Shown here one piece after another: positions 39,976 to 53,805 of a DNA stretch of 64,000 bases. This DNA comes from Octopus vulgaris (taxonomy: Eukaryota). Where the stretch lies: positions 63,860,001-63,924,000 of the forward strand of contig OX597815.1 in the NCBI GenBank assembly GCA_951406725.2. Reading direction: 5' to 3'. A model generated the notes under the pieces. It saw only the letters and a list, made by a program, of their open reading frames with translations. It ran no database searches and had not been told where the DNA came from. The position numbers were made by a program, and so were the translations under genes. Each line of letters opens with the position of its first letter. Positions within the stretch are counted from its first letter, which is position 1.

Positions 39976-41545
39976 TTTCCATGGGAACTCGTAATCCCCT
40001 TTAATATTTGTCTTATGTTTAAACCCTCTCAGTTTAGAATTAAGGAAGACAAAGGAAGAGCATCAGTTCAGAAATAGTAAAGGAAAAATTAGCCATTCGC
40101 TCTACATGGATGATTTGAAGCTTTTTAGTAAGAATGAGAATTTGGCATAGATAAGCGTGCAATATTAAGTATCAGAAAAGGGCAGGTAGTCAACAGCGAA
40201 GGCACCCAGTTACTAGATAGCCAGACATTAAAATCATTGAAAAGCGAAGAGGGTTATAAGTTTCTAGGAGTATTAGAATCTGACAGATAACAAAGAATAG
40301 AAATGAATACGAAAATTGAGAACATCAGAAAGGTGAGGAAGCTCATGAAGTCAAAGTTAAATGGTCGAATTTAGTGAAGACTGTAAATACTTGGGTAGTA
40401 TCATTACTTAGATACCCAACAGCTTTTGAAGATTGGACAAAAACTGAATTAGCAAAGCTAGACAGAACTAGAAAGGAATTCAATATGAATGGAGGACTCC
40501 ATCCAAGGGCAGGCGTAGCAAGATTATACTTACCTAGAAAGGAAGGCGGAAGAGGGTTAATATCAATAGAAGACTGCGTGGAGTTAGCTAGAGTAGATAT
40601 AGACTCCTATGTAAGTAATAGTGAAGAAAGTTTATTAAAAGCTACTAGATTCACAATAGGACATAGGGAAACCAAAAACCCAAACGAAGTTAAAAACCAG
40701 AAAAAAGAACAGAAATTATCTGACTGGCAGGAGAAGACGCTGCATGGTAGATTCCCAAAGATAACTGCAGCAAATAGTAGTAGTGAGGCATGGTTATGGT
40801 TGCAGAAAGGAAAGCTGAAAAGAGGGATAGGGAGTCTGTTAGTAGCTGCAGAGGATCAAGCATTAAGGACTAATTGGATAAAATCCAAGATAGACAAAAA
40901 CCAAGTATATTTCCAGTGTAGTTTATGCAAATCAAAAGAGGAAAACGTCACTCATATAGTAAGCGAATGTAGCATGCTAGCACAGAAAGAATACAAGACA
41001 TGACAACTAGGGAGAGTAATCTACTGGGAGTTATGTAGAAAGTTAAGATTTGAACATATTAAATAAACATGAAACTAGTAAAGTACTAGAGAGTAAGAAA
41101 TACAAGATGTTGTGGGACTTTAACATTTAGACCGACAAAGTAATAGAAGCTAGAAGGCCTGATTTAGCATTAGTAGATAAAGAGAATAGAAAGTACCAGA
41201 TAATTGACTTTACAGTCCCATTTGGTGCAAAAAAATCAATATGAGAAGTATAGAAAAAATAGTAAAGTACCAGGACTTAGCCATTAAATATAGAGACTAT
41301 GGAAAATGCAGGCAAAATGTATCCCTGTAGTTATAGGTGCACTGGGAACTATTCCTAGAGATCTGAACAGATGGATAGAGGAAATAGGCATAAAATCCAG
41401 TTTAGTACAGCTCCAGAAAACAGTGTTATTAGGGAGAGCTACGATACTTAGGAGGATTCTTGGCATCTAAGATTACTTGTTGTAACCCTGTGTTAGGACT
41501 CTTTTCTTTTTCAACAGTCTAATCTTTTGTGTGTATAGGAAAATA
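39975..41545 (+). mobile_element. Decayed R4/Dong-like RLE non-LTR retrotransposon, 5'-truncated, in (TAA)n
   Basis: RT motifs FHGNS*SPLIFVLCLNPLS, SHSLYMDDLKLF, YKFLGV, RLYLPRKEGGRGL; CCHC CSLC..THIVSEC; RLE RRPDLALVDK..IIDFTVP..PVVIGALG; ends aataataat. Confidence 0.9.
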
Positions 41546-42584
41546 ATAATAATTTTGATGCAAGACCAGAAATTGCAAGAGAGTGGCTAAGTCGATTGCG
41601 TTGACCTGCATTTAACTAGTATTCATTTTGTCGACCGCGAAAGAATGAAAAGCAAAGTCGGCCTCCGTGGAATTTGAACTCAGAACGTTAAGACGGACGA
41701 AATGCGTTTAACGCTTTATCATTCAGATTTCTTTGTCAAATGTAATGCTTATTGGTTCACAATGCTTTGAATTAATCATAATTACCAAAATATTGCCTTC
41801 ATTAGGGCACGTGTAGAAAGCATCTTGTTTATGGGACTGAAACCTAGTCTATGAAGAAGGTGTTTCAACACTGTCTTGACATCAGGCTTTCATAAGCAGT
41901 CGAAAAGAAATAGAAAAGTCCTATGGCGTGATCAGAAGACCAAAGAGATATATGAATGTATTGCCTTCATCTCTACTTCTCTACTACCGTTGCTCAACGC
42001 AAGATAGTCTTTACTGGACACAGCTACCGTGCCGAACATATGACCGTATCGGATGTTATATTTTGGAAACTTCCGCACACAAAAACACCCACACACATAC
42101 ATGTGAATGACAAAGGAACAGGAGTCACGTAACCAACATCAGTATCGCTATGCCCTATGACGAAAATCACTCAGTTGCATTAATGTTATCGTCAGAGACA
42201 CATGATATGAAATTGAGGACCTACCAAAACTAATTGGGAAAACAGATTTCCTGCCGGTGATGCGTGCGTCCCACCTTGAGCAACGCTGATCTAAGCTTGC
42301 TTCCTAGAAAGCCACATATATTTTAAACAGCATCTAAAATGCCGTAAACGAATCGGTCAGCCATCTTGCGTTTAGATATGTTCATAACTAACGGGAGGTT
42401 CATTAGGAAGGGTTTGATAAGGCCATAAAATCATTGTTTTAACGCATTCCGATATCTAATCAGTACACCCTACCTCTTTTTTTGGTCAACTTCCGCCGAG
42501 TCTGAGTTAGCCTTTCACCATTCTGAAGCCTTTAATATAATTATACTGAGATAGATTTGAGTGTCAACCTTTCTGAGAATTAGA

Positions 42585-42800
42585 AATCGGTTTCAAATTT
42601 TGGCACATGGCTAGTAATTTCAGGGGAGGAGATAGGTCGATTAAATCAACCCCACTACTCAACAGGTACTTATTTTATCGACCACCAAGGGATGAAAGGC
42701 ACAGTCGACCTCGGCGGAATTTGAATTCAGAATGTAAAGACGGACGAAATGCCGCTAAGCATTTTGCCCGGCGTGCTAACGATTCTGTCAGCTCGCTGCT
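42585..42800 (-). mobile_element. SINE family A with ~12-bp TSD
   Basis: tt(t/c)ctgagaatt flanks at 42570 and 42801. Confidence 0.8.
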
Positions 42801-43789
42801 TTCCTGAGAATTCGATATCGAAACCGTCAACTAAAGGATCCCACAAACTATTCTATCGTCAACTTTGGAATCGGACCATTTTTCATCGTTTACTCTACTC
42901 CTGTTTATTTAATCAACCATTCAGATATTTCAGAAGTCTTAGAATATAGCAAGTTCTCTTATCGTATTCCAATAGCTACAGAATAACAAATACAGCATGG
43001 GAGGAATCTAGAGTAGTAAGTGAGCCTTTTTGTAGTTGTTGTTATTGCTGCTGTTCGGATTGTTGTTGTTGTTGTTGTTGTTCATTTTCACTGAATGCCT
43101 GGCTGTGATCGCTAACAATAGTTTGGTGGTAATTAATTAGAAAAATGTAATTAATGTTAATTCCAACTAATTGCTCTATGTTGTATAAATTGGAATTTAG
43201 TTGGTGTGTTTTGTGAAAGTCTGCTAGAATATTTGTTTTCTAATGGGCAAACACCTGAGAGTCTGTAGCTTGTATAAGACTGGCGTCTCTCTTGGGCCAT
43301 GTGTTTGTCGTGTTTGTGTGCATGTGTGTGTGTGTGTGTGTGTACACGCGCGCATATATCTATAATACATACATATAGGTTTATGTATGTAAGTTTGTAT
43401 GTATATGCATATGTATTTAATAGATATATGTATATATCCACGTATGTATGTATGGATATGCATATGTATATACGTATATAAACATACATATATGTGCATA
43501 TATATGTGCGTGTATGTACATATATTTATGGATGGCTGTATATATGTGTGTCGCGTATATATATATATATATATATGTATATAATTTTAATTTTCTTCTA
43601 TTTACCTATGGGATTTCTTGTTTATTTGGAGATTATCAATATTAAATTTATGAACAAAATCCGACGTCCTCACAACGTTTGTTTAATTTCTTGATTTTGT
43701 ATATTACTAGCAGAAATACCCGGCGTTGCTCGGGATTAAAACTGCTTATTTTGTATATGTATTACAGTTAAGTTGAAACATGTGATACA

Positions 43790-44428
43790 GCATAGTGCAG
43801 CATTGACAACAAAACATTTGAGGAGTAAAATTTAAAGCTTTGTATAAACGACAATATGAGTTTAGCACATCAATTTGGACAGAGTTATCATTTTTTTTAT
43901 AAGAATTGGATGGATCATATCTGAAATCAGATCCAGGTGTGGTGGAAAATGAATTCGGTCTGTTTCTGAGAGCTATTCTATTGAACCTCTGCGTAATTTG
44001 GCGTGCTAAATGTTGTAATGATTCTGCATCAAGTACTGCAGCATGCTGATCTTGGGAAAGTCCCATCTCCCTTCTGTCTTCAGACTCCATTTAATGTGTT
44101 GCTGCATGCTTTTGCTGATCTTGAGAAAGTTTCATCTCCCTCCTGTCTTGGCACTCCATCTGATGCGCTGCAGCATGCTTTTGCTGATGTTGAGAAGGTC
44201 TCCTCTCCCTTCTCTCTTGATACTGTATTTGACGTGCGGCAACATGCGTTTGGTGATCTTTGGAAAGTGTCATGTCCCTTCTGTATTGAGACTGACGTGC
44301 AGCAGCATGCCGTTGCTGATATTGAGAACGTCTCATGTCCCTTATGTCTTGAGACTCTCACCTTCGGTATTCTGCACTCCTTGCTTTATAGGTGTTTCTG
44401 GAGAGATTACGTTTTACTTTGGTGTCAT
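43790..44428 (-). pseudogene. Decayed Helitron RepHel N-terminus with STPR-like 23-aa repeats and Cys-rich motif
   Basis: MTPK../KRNLSRNT; about five 69-bp units (ESxDRRxxxLSQDQQKHAAA); then FRYDPSNSY..YCRLYKALNF..CC. ORFs 44091-44336 and 43746-44090 are in frame across a single stop. Confidence 0.65.
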
Positions 44429-45211
44429 TTCCCCCCAATATTTTAGACAAGAAATTATGAACATAGAAAAGCTATACATTAATTTCTATTCTTGTAAGCA
44501 GTTGTATGTTGTATGCCTATATTTTTGCTAGCAGTGTAAAATAACCAGATATAAGCAAATTATAAATACCATGCAACCTTGCAAATTATGAACTGTTAAT
44601 TGAACGGTAGATGTGTATTTTTATAAAACTTGAACCTTCCACGTAATTGTTTTTTGTCAAGAATTTCACCTCCAGCCGTTCTCGTCACATATGCATGTGT
44701 AGATGTATGTGTGTGTTTAATAACGTACGTAACGGGCGCGCAAACACACACACACTCACAGATATATACACATCTCTTATTATAAAAGGCAGATTTTATC
44801 TGCCTCCCTTTGGGAGTTATAGAAATCTACAATATAGGATTTCTTCAATTACAATTTACCTGGCATTTTTGAGAGTACAATGCATCGCGTCATGCCAGGT
44901 CCAGTTTTTTAAATTTAAACTCCAATTAAGCAAAATTTACAGAAAACTCACATTCTGGTGTGTGTGTCAAATGCTTTTCTTAGTCTGGTTTACACCACAC
45001 GCAAACGCACACACACAGTGGGCAACGAATAAAATGAAAGTAAATAGCGACAGAGTGATTTGAGGAAGACTAAAGTGAAAGTATTCTGTCTATGACGCTG
45101 ATAGATATATGAGTAAAATGTATGGGAAGCTAAGAGCTAAGAGTGAGTGAAAATGTTCTTGGAAGAGAGTAATTAGTAATAAAGTAAACATACACTCATA
45201 CATACATACAT

Positions 45212-45244
<33 letters not shown>

Positions 45245-45471
45245 TACACACACACATACATACACACACACATACATACATACACACATACATACATACA
45301 TACATATACATACATACATACATATACATACATACATACACACACACACATACACACACACACAGTATTGAAGCTTGAGAACAATCAGATACATTTGCAA
45401 CACATCTGTTGAAAATATTATTGTTCACACACATACATATACATATATACATACAGACAGACAGACAGATA

Positions 45472-45505
<34 letters not shown>

Positions 45506-45554
45506 ATCCAGCATGGCCACAACCTCAAGGCTGAAACATATAAAAGAATAACAG

Positions 45555-45915
45555 AATATAAATGTGTGCAAAGTACAAGAAATATTAATGCAGTATATGG
45601 GGATTGGACAATAAGCGTAAGGCAGTGTCAATGGTGGTTCCAGAAATCCCGAGCCATAAACTACAGCCTAGAAGACGAGCCTCATCCTGAAAGATCTGTA
45701 GAACTCGACAAGGACATCCTGAAAACCCTGGTGGAACAAAATATCATCGTAACTGTTGAGGAACTAGCAGAGAAGCTTGGATTTGGTCATTCAACCATTC
45801 ATTGACACCTGTGTGCTATCGGAAAAGTCAGCAAATTGGGTCAATGGGTTCCTCATGAACTTTCCGAGTCTAATTGCATGCAGAGAGTGAATGTATGCTT
45901 TTCTTTGCTGTCATA
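45555..45915 (+). mobile_element. Mariner transposase N-terminal fragment (pseudogene)
   Basis: RNINAVYG..QWWFQKSR..SLEDEPHPERS..TVEELAEKLG..STIH*HL..GKVSKLGQWVPHEL (WVPHEL motif). Confidence 0.85.
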
Positions 45916-45940
45916 TCTCACCACTACTGCGCTATGTATA

Positions 45941-46576
45941 TCTATATATATAAAACTGTAGTTGTGTGAGTGTCTGTCCCCTTCGATTTAGATTCCTAAC
46001 TACTCCCACATTTTGCGGTACAGTTTAACCAAATTCGGGTAGCTTATAGTCGTGATTCATATCGAGCCCGTCTGAATATTAGCGCGCGTCTACGATGAGT
46101 CTACGATTTTAAAAATAATTTAACATCATTTTTTATTCCATTTTAATGCATAATTTTTCGTGTGTCGATGGCGGCGGAGTTGGCGTCCACGCTCACACCT
46201 GCACCTGTGGGGAAGGGTGTGTAAGGAAATCAACGTCGTAATGCGTTGTCAAGGAGACCAGTGTTCTTTTAGAACAACGACTTCATGGCTTGAAGACACC
46301 AAAACAGAAATGGCTAAGAAAGCGTCTACATGAGTCTACGATTTAAAAAAAATTTACCATCGTTTTTTTTCCATTTTAATGCATTTTTTCGCTATTATAT
46401 AAGGGAAGTAACTCTCTAAAAATGTCTACGATGAGTCAACGATTTTTAAAAAAATTTACCATCATATTTTTTCCATTTTTAATGCATTTTTTGCTATTTT
46501 TTGGCTATAACTCTCTAAAAATGCTTATATAGTTATTTCCCTTACAAACCCGAGCAACGCCGGGCGATACTGCTAG
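45941..46576 (+). mobile_element. Non-autonomous Helitron
   Basis: A|TC start, hairpin, CTAG|T end; internal repeats of tacgatgagtc.acgattt. Confidence 0.85.
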
Positions 46577-47262
46577 TTAATATACAAAATGTGACGATAC
46601 GCACACATACACTATCACATACAGTCACATACTTATAGTAAGAGAGACACATACAGACATACATTCACGCATGTCAGTCGTCACATGTGTATATGTATGT
46701 GTAGATGTGTGTGTATGTTTAATAACGTACCTAATGTGGAAACACACACACAGTCAGAGAGACATACACACTCATACACCCATACACATACAATCAGAGA
46801 CACATACACATTCATATATGTGACGCCGTCGTGGTGGCTTAAAATGTTGTTTACTATCTCGTACGTATCGAACGCGCAAACACACGCACACAAAGTGAAA
46901 CAATATTAGAATGAAAAGTGGCAGAATAAAAGTGAAACAATATTATATCATACAAGGATGTCAATTCGTGGACAGAAATTACAAACCTCAATTCAGCGTA
47001 TAAAGCTCTAGATGTAAATAGGTTGAGCGAAAAAACTTGAGCCACTTTAGGATATTTTTGTCTAACGCATGAACGCTCAGTGTTGTAGTTGAAGTCTCAT
47101 TGGTTTGTAATGAAGGCTTATCGGATTATATCACAACGGTTTTCGATAGAGGGAGAAATGTAAGTAGTATATTTAAATAGATGGAGTGCAAAAAATTTAG
47201 AATAAGTAATGTTGTAGCGAGAACGTACTAATAGCTTGAAGACAAAGATATTTACGCACGAC

Positions 47263-47313
<51 letters not shown>

Positions 47314-48235
47314 GCGTATGTGTGAAAAAGCAGACAGGTTTAAAGAGAGGAAGTATTGCTGAGGGTGTAAGTGAGAAAGAAAAGAGATGAATAAACAGAT
47401 AGAGAAAAAGGAATGAATCGCTTTAAAACTGCAAAAGTCGAAAGGAGAGAATCGGTTGAAAACTGCAGTTTTCATAGAAAAACCCATGTGAAACAATCGG
47501 TCAGTTTCTCATATTACTCGGGAGCTCTGGGCAAAATGCTATAGTCCATGACCATCCTTGGCACATAAGTAATGTGTGTGTAAAGTTTGGTGTAAATCAG
47601 TTGAGAATTGTAGAAATGCATACGTACTACACACTCAGATACACACATATATACACAGACATCCTTTGTTTTACATATATAGAGATATGTTTGTGTGTGT
47701 GTTTGTGTGTGTATGTGTGTGTGTGTATGTGTGTGTGTGAATATTTAACACTCCGAGAATAAGGCTTAGCGGCATTTCGTCTGTCTTCACGTTCAGGGTT
47801 CAAATGACGCCGGGTCAAATTTGCCCTTAATCCTTTCGGATTAAGTCTAACTACCAGTTGAGCTTTAGGATCCTTTTAATCAACTTATCCCCTCCCCCTA
47901 AATTGCTGGCCCTGGGCCAAAATTTGAATCCAATGTATTGTGTGTGTGTGCGTGTGCGTGTTCAAATGTCCCGTACATTTAGAAAGTCTTTCCATCTTGG
48001 TATTAAATAAGATGTGGTTTCAAGACTTAGAATTGGTGAAATTTTGTATATGTAAGTTGTAAACGACCGTGCGAGGAGAGGTGACGAGAATGACTTCTTT
48101 AGTACACCACACGATCGATACAATAAATACGAAAAGGAAAGTGCTAGAAGGAAAAGAGAGACACAACCGGGTAGAATGTTGAAGAGAAGATTTTATATGT
48201 ATGTTAACATGTGAGTGTATGCGTCATATATACAT

Positions 48236-48974
48236 GATAATAGATAGGCCGTCATGTATACAAAGTGTATCTGTATACATTAAGTACAGAGCATTGAAAG
48301 AGTCTATAATATGACGTTAGAAGAATGTTCAGACACAAGGATGATAAATACCAGTTCGTAATCAAGGTACGATAGTTGAAGTGCTGTAACAAGAAGTTGT
48401 AGCAGTAATGCAGAGCCGGTTGAGGTACATGTATAAGAAGTAGAAGCCACAATGCTACCGCCGGGGTCACTTGGTACAGAAGGTTCTCGCAAGTTGTGTT
48501 TGTTGTTAACCATGGTGAAGTGATTCACGAACAGTGTTGAGATAGAACCTGAGCGAGTGTTGCTGGTTACTGTGTACGCAGAGAGATGATGTTGTCGACG
48601 TTAAGAAGATGAAGGCGACGAAGAAAGAGATTGCCGTATGCTGTTGGAAGAGTGTTGATAAGTCTCCATGTGGCTGCTGTTGTGTCGTCGCTGAAACTGG
48701 CTATGTCCTGTGTGATCAGTAGCTAGACCTTAAAAGGTCTGGAACCGAAAGACCTCGACTCAATGTGTCACTGAAGTTTTATAGGGAGCAGACGGCGCAA
48801 ACTGAGGTTTAGAAGAGACTGTCTCACATGACCTTATCAGAAGGCTGCGATTGGTTGGGTTGCATATTGGCGCGCAATAGAGCAAGAGACAAATTGCGCC
48901 AATACTAACCAATCAGAGTAGTGGACACAACAGAGTCCAAAATGGCGGTCGAAGGCTAGCTGTTATCTACTACG
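48236..48974 (-). mobile_element. Possible solo LTR
   Basis: Minus-strand TATAAAA (~48777) downstream of CCAAT, E2F-like and YY1-like motifs; imperfect terminal IR tgataatagata/tatctactac; no TSD seen. Confidence 0.35.
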
Positions 48975-50206
48975 TCCATATTTATGTATATATTAACAGA
49001 GAGAGAGAGAGATAGAGAGAGGGAGAGAGAGGAATTTCCCTCAAGTCGTACGTTACAAAGTGTTGATTGCTTTTATCTGTTTTATTATGTTAATGCGCGT
49101 GAGCTTTCGTGTTTATATGCCTTGTGTGTATGTGTTGTATGTGTGTGTATATTTGTGTGCGTGAGTGTATGTGAGGTGTGTATGCGAGGTGTGTATGTGA
49201 GGGTATAAGTGTGTTTCTATGTGTGTATGCGTGTGTATGTGTGCGTATGTGTGTGTACATGTTTTTGTGTGTACATGTGTGCCTGTGTATTTATATATGC
49301 ATGTCTTTTGTGTTTGCAAAATTTTGATTTTTTATGCATGCATCTTTACTGTGTGCGTATGTGGGTTTTGCGCGTGTATGTATATATCTGTATGAGTTAC
49401 GAATGTGAGAGTTGTGTGTGTGTGTGTATGCTACTGAGAGAGATTTTCACCAGAATTTTTTCTGCCAAGCCTTGTACCATTCCCGATAGCCAAGTTATGT
49501 TCATCACAAATCATTCAACACGTTACTAAACAACATTCTTTACAACCGCCATGTTAGTCTTTCAACATAATGCTGACTTCCAAGTAGTCTTGGAATAGCT
49601 TCGATAAGCCTCCCTTTACTAAAACCTCTCTCTCTCCCTCCCTCCGGCCTTCCGTCTGCCTGCCTCTCTCGATCTCTGTCTCTTTCTTAGTTTGTCTCTC
49701 ACTCTCTCCTTCTCACTCTCTCCTTCTCACTCTCTCCTTCTCCCTCTCTCTTTTCCCGATTTCATCATAATGTTTTGATAATACAATAACACAGTTGCTT
49801 ATGCTGATCTTCGGTATTAGTTTCTCTTCTCCCCGGGACCCTCAACACTTCCAATATATCAATATCTCTTCTCATGTTTTGTTGACATAATCTAACAACA
49901 TGGCGTCGATAAAAGTCAACACACACGCACATACATATATTACTGCGATGATATTTGTATACATATGTATATAAATATAGGCGTAGGCGTGCGTGGTGTG
50001 TGGTAAGAAGCTTACTTTCCAACCACATGACTCAGGGGTCAGTCCCATGGCATCGTACCTTGGGTAAGTGTTCTCTACTATTGCCTCGAACCGACTCATA
50101 AAGCCTTATGAGTGGAATTGGTAGACGCGAACAGGGCATAGCGACACTAATGTTGGTTACGTGACTCCTGTTCCTTTGTCATTCACATATGTGTGGGTGT
50201 TTGTGT

Positions 50207-50264
<58 letters not shown>

Positions 50265-50804
50265 CAAAAGATGTTCATTTTGAGAATCGTATGGCTATCA
50301 CAGAACGCTCTTCTAAGGACTCGGTTATTGGTCCATTCAACTGCTGCGAAGAAGTGTAATATTCATATAACTGAAAATCAAAAAAATTCCAGCGATGAAA
50401 TTATTTCACGTGAAGTATGTAAAAATTTAGTCAGTAGGCATGAAAGGTGAATATATATTTATTTAACCGCTTGTCTTTCATAGTCTGACAGCCGTTTCGC
50501 GAACTTCTTCATAAAGTATTTGCTTCAGTATGGAAGAAATTAAGCATAAATGTGTGCATTAATGTATCTCTGCTCAGCATTATATAACAATTGTATGCTC
50601 ACAGATCAATGTAAATAACGAAAGCTAGCTCCTCAGATCACCAGACGGTTCGACCATCTGTTTATACATACATACATGGATGCATACATCCATCCATGCA
50701 TACATCTATCCATCCATCCATCCATACATACATACATACATACATACATACATACATACATACATACATACATACATACATACATACATACATACATACA
50801 TACA

Positions 50805-51240
50805 TAGTAAGCATAACAGACCTGATATAATGATTTGGGATAGAGAAGAGAAACTCTGCACAATTGCGGAAATTAGCTGCCCAGTGGATGTTAACATGAA
50901 GCTTAAGATCAGTGAAAAAGAGAATACCTACGCTGAACTATTGAGAAATCTGCAATTACTCTACCCAGATTGCAAGTTCAGGTTTATAGCTGTAATTTTT
51001 GGGGTCTTTGGATATGTAACACGCTGCCTAAATACCAATCTTGAGAAATTAAGCTTCTCATTAATTCGAAGACTACAGATTCAATTCATCCCTGGAACTG
51101 GGAAAATCTGTAAAACTTTCCAGAAGTTTATCATTTAAATATATACGAACTTGTCTAGATATGCAATTATATGCATGAGAATACATACATAAAGCAAAAC
51201 ATACAAATCTGCACTTATACATACATACATACATACATAC
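50805..51240 (+). mobile_element. RLE LINE 3' fragment in (CATA)n, same family as 7880-9558
   Basis: SKHNRPDIMIWDREEKLCTIAEISCPVD..KISEKENTYAELLRNL..ICKTFQKFII*; (CATA)n on both sides. Confidence 0.85.
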
Positions 51241-51368
51241 ATACATACATACATACATACATAATATATATATCAGGTGATTGTGGGGGGGGGGGCAAAC
51301 ACAGACATATACGAATATGCACACACATATGTATATAATATATGTATATGTATATATATATATATCTA

Positions 51369-51790
51369 CTAGCTTAAGGTAACCCGCTCTACGCGCGGGT
51401 GAGGTTGTGGTTGTTACTTTCTGTTGCTTCCTTTCTGTTTCTTATTGCCACATTCTCCCTCTTTGTTTCTCTATCCTTTCTCATTTTCCCACTCTCTTAC
51501 TCTTCCTTTTTCTTGGACTTTCCCTCGCTTTCTCTTACTCTTTCTCTTTATCTTTATCTATCTCTCTGCCATTTATAAAAAAATTAGATTTCCGCGTTTA
51601 AATTACAAATCCGCTTCCACTTTACCATGTTGAAAATTTGATTGAAATCGGGCAAAAGGTGTCCGATCTAGACCACCAAGTGTCCCCAAAAATCAATAAA
51701 ATCCCATTTTTCACACCAAAGCAACCACTGTAGCGACACAAAACGTTTCCCAATCAATTTCTCCCCTCAAGTTACCTCCTCCGGACCGAC
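51369..51790 (-). mobile_element. Helitron-like 3' end
   Basis: CTAG at 51369 with adjacent hairpin acccgc..gcgggt. Confidence 0.5.
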
Positions 51791-51946
51791 TTGGTGCCTC
51801 AACTTAAGTACGTAATTCAACTGAATCACATTTGTTTTCCAATTGTTTCTCCCGTTGTTTGCGTACTCATTTGTTTTCGTATTTCATGTTGTTTACGGTT
51901 TGTGATGTCCTGTACCCATACACACACACATATGTATGTATGCATG

Positions 51947-51977
<31 letters not shown>

Positions 51978-51978
<1 letters not shown>

Positions 51979-52830
51979 AAGTACACCACCATTACCACAG
52001 ATACAAACACACGGACACTCATCAATACCTGACTTTTAAGTTGTGCCATCCACCACATATAAAACACAACATACCATACTGCCTAGTCAGAAGAATTTGT
52101 ACCATTGTAGAAGATGCAAATATCAGGAACAAAATACCTAATAGAAGTAAGAGAATTTTTGCTCAAACAAAAATACCTGTCTCCACTTATAGAAAATGGC
52201 ATGCAGCGGGCTATAAAAACACCCATACAACAACTGTGAACAATTCAAAGAAGAGGAGAACAGGAACAAGTCATACCATTTATAATGACATCCAACCCAT
52301 GTCACCAGAATATCTTCAACATTGATCAAGGTAATGAATTAAAATATATAATCTCAGATCGAGCTATGGTTCTTAGTAAAAGACAGCCTAAAAACTTGAA
52401 AAATTATTAACAAAGGCAAAGTTTGACCTTAGCAACAAATACCAATCATTCACTGTATCTAAATGCAATGAGAGCCGGTGTGGCACATGTCAATTCATAC
52501 ATACAAATGAACACAAAAACCGAGAAAATATTCACAACTCCAAATATGAAATGCAAAAGCAGAAATTTATGTATCAAATGCCCGAATGTGAAGAACATAT
52601 GTGGGTCAGACTGGAAATGCACTATCAGAACGTTCGCGCGTGTACCGACAGTAAATCAGAGACCCAGATGTCCGTCAGATACCTTTGAGTAACCATCTAG
52701 CAACATATGTTCGGAAAATATTTATAATATTTCCATTTTACAAACTACACAGTCCACGAGAAACTGAGAGAAAAATCAGGGAAAAGAACTATATTAATAA
52801 ATTCCAACCCAAGCTAAATAATACTAATAC
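51978..52830 (+). mobile_element. Decayed Penelope-like element ORF (RT thumb and GIY-YIG endonuclease)
   Basis: YKHTDTHQYLTFKLCHPPHIKHNIPYCLVRRICTIV; KRQPKNLK; KCNESRCGTC; CKSRNL..IKCP..GQTG; frameshifted. Confidence 0.85.
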
Positions 52831-53391
52831 TTAGAGATACTATTTCTACTGCTACGACCACTAACAACAACAATACTAAAGGTGTTCGTGATGACGATAG
52901 CAGGAAAATACTAGCTAAGTCAAGAGAAAGGTCAGTAAAAATAATTTTATTTTTAGGTTTAAGGTTCTATTACCACAGCTACTCTTACCACCACCGCTAT
53001 CATCAACAACAACGACAATAATAATAAAGGAGATGATAATGGTGATGATAATAATATATATACACACTCATATATTGGTGTGTATATTGTAGCTCTCTTT
53101 TTCCGCTCTCTCTCTCTCTCTCTCTTCACCTCTTGGGTCATGGCTGGAAGACTTGAAAGATTATCTACGTTCGCTCGTGAGTACACAGATACCAAAAACA
53201 ATTATCGTAATGATGGTACAATCTACCGCTTGCGAATGATGGTTAAACTATTTAGTGTCGCAGTGAAATTTGGCCCGTTAGGACGTTTTCGGCACTTTGG
53301 ATTGGTGATAGAACCGATCGATGTCATAAATAGTTAACAACTCCTCAAGAATCGTTTACCACTCATTTTCAAACGGTGGCGATAAAACAAT

Positions 53392-53568
53392 TCTCCGCAA
53401 CTGGCATGCCGCGGCACACTAGCGTGCCACGAGACAATTCTAGGTGTGCCACAGTGTAACCTGAACATAATTTTTTCCCCTATACTTTTAGTTATATATT
53501 TAGTTCAAGTGTGCTGCCGAATTTTGAAAAGAATACAAATGTACCGCAAGCGAAAAAGGTTGCGGAGA
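53392..53568. mobile_element. hAT (Charlie-like) MITE
   Basis: Inverted ends tctccgcaac/gttgcggaga with repeated internal gtgtgccgc-like motifs. Confidence 0.55.
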
Positions 53569-53700
53569 TAAAGCAGCTATAGTTTAGAAACTTAAATGTA
53601 GTCAAAACTATTCCAATCGCAACACATTTACATGAGGAGACAAAGTTGACAGCTTTACAGTAATCCTTAGAGGAACCACCAACATAGCGAGTGGGATGTG

Positions 53701-53805
53701 GGCAGTATGGGATGTTGCGTTTTGTATGTGGTGGATGGCACAACTTAAAAGTCAGGTATTGATGTGTCCCCGTGTATTTGCATCTGTGGTAATGGTGGTG
53801 CTCTT

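Larger units (their letters stand above)
43707..47685 (-). mobile_element. Large non-autonomous Helitron with nested insertions
   Basis: Minus-strand 3' end cccgagcaacgccggg..CTAG|T at 43707; candidate A|TC 5' end tctctatatatgtaaaac at 47685. Pairing of the two ends is inferred. Confidence 0.55.

Noticed and set aside
44003-44531. Plus-strand repeat ORFs of 147 and 162 aa
   Set aside because: Antisense shadows of the minus-strand Helitron 23-aa repeat region
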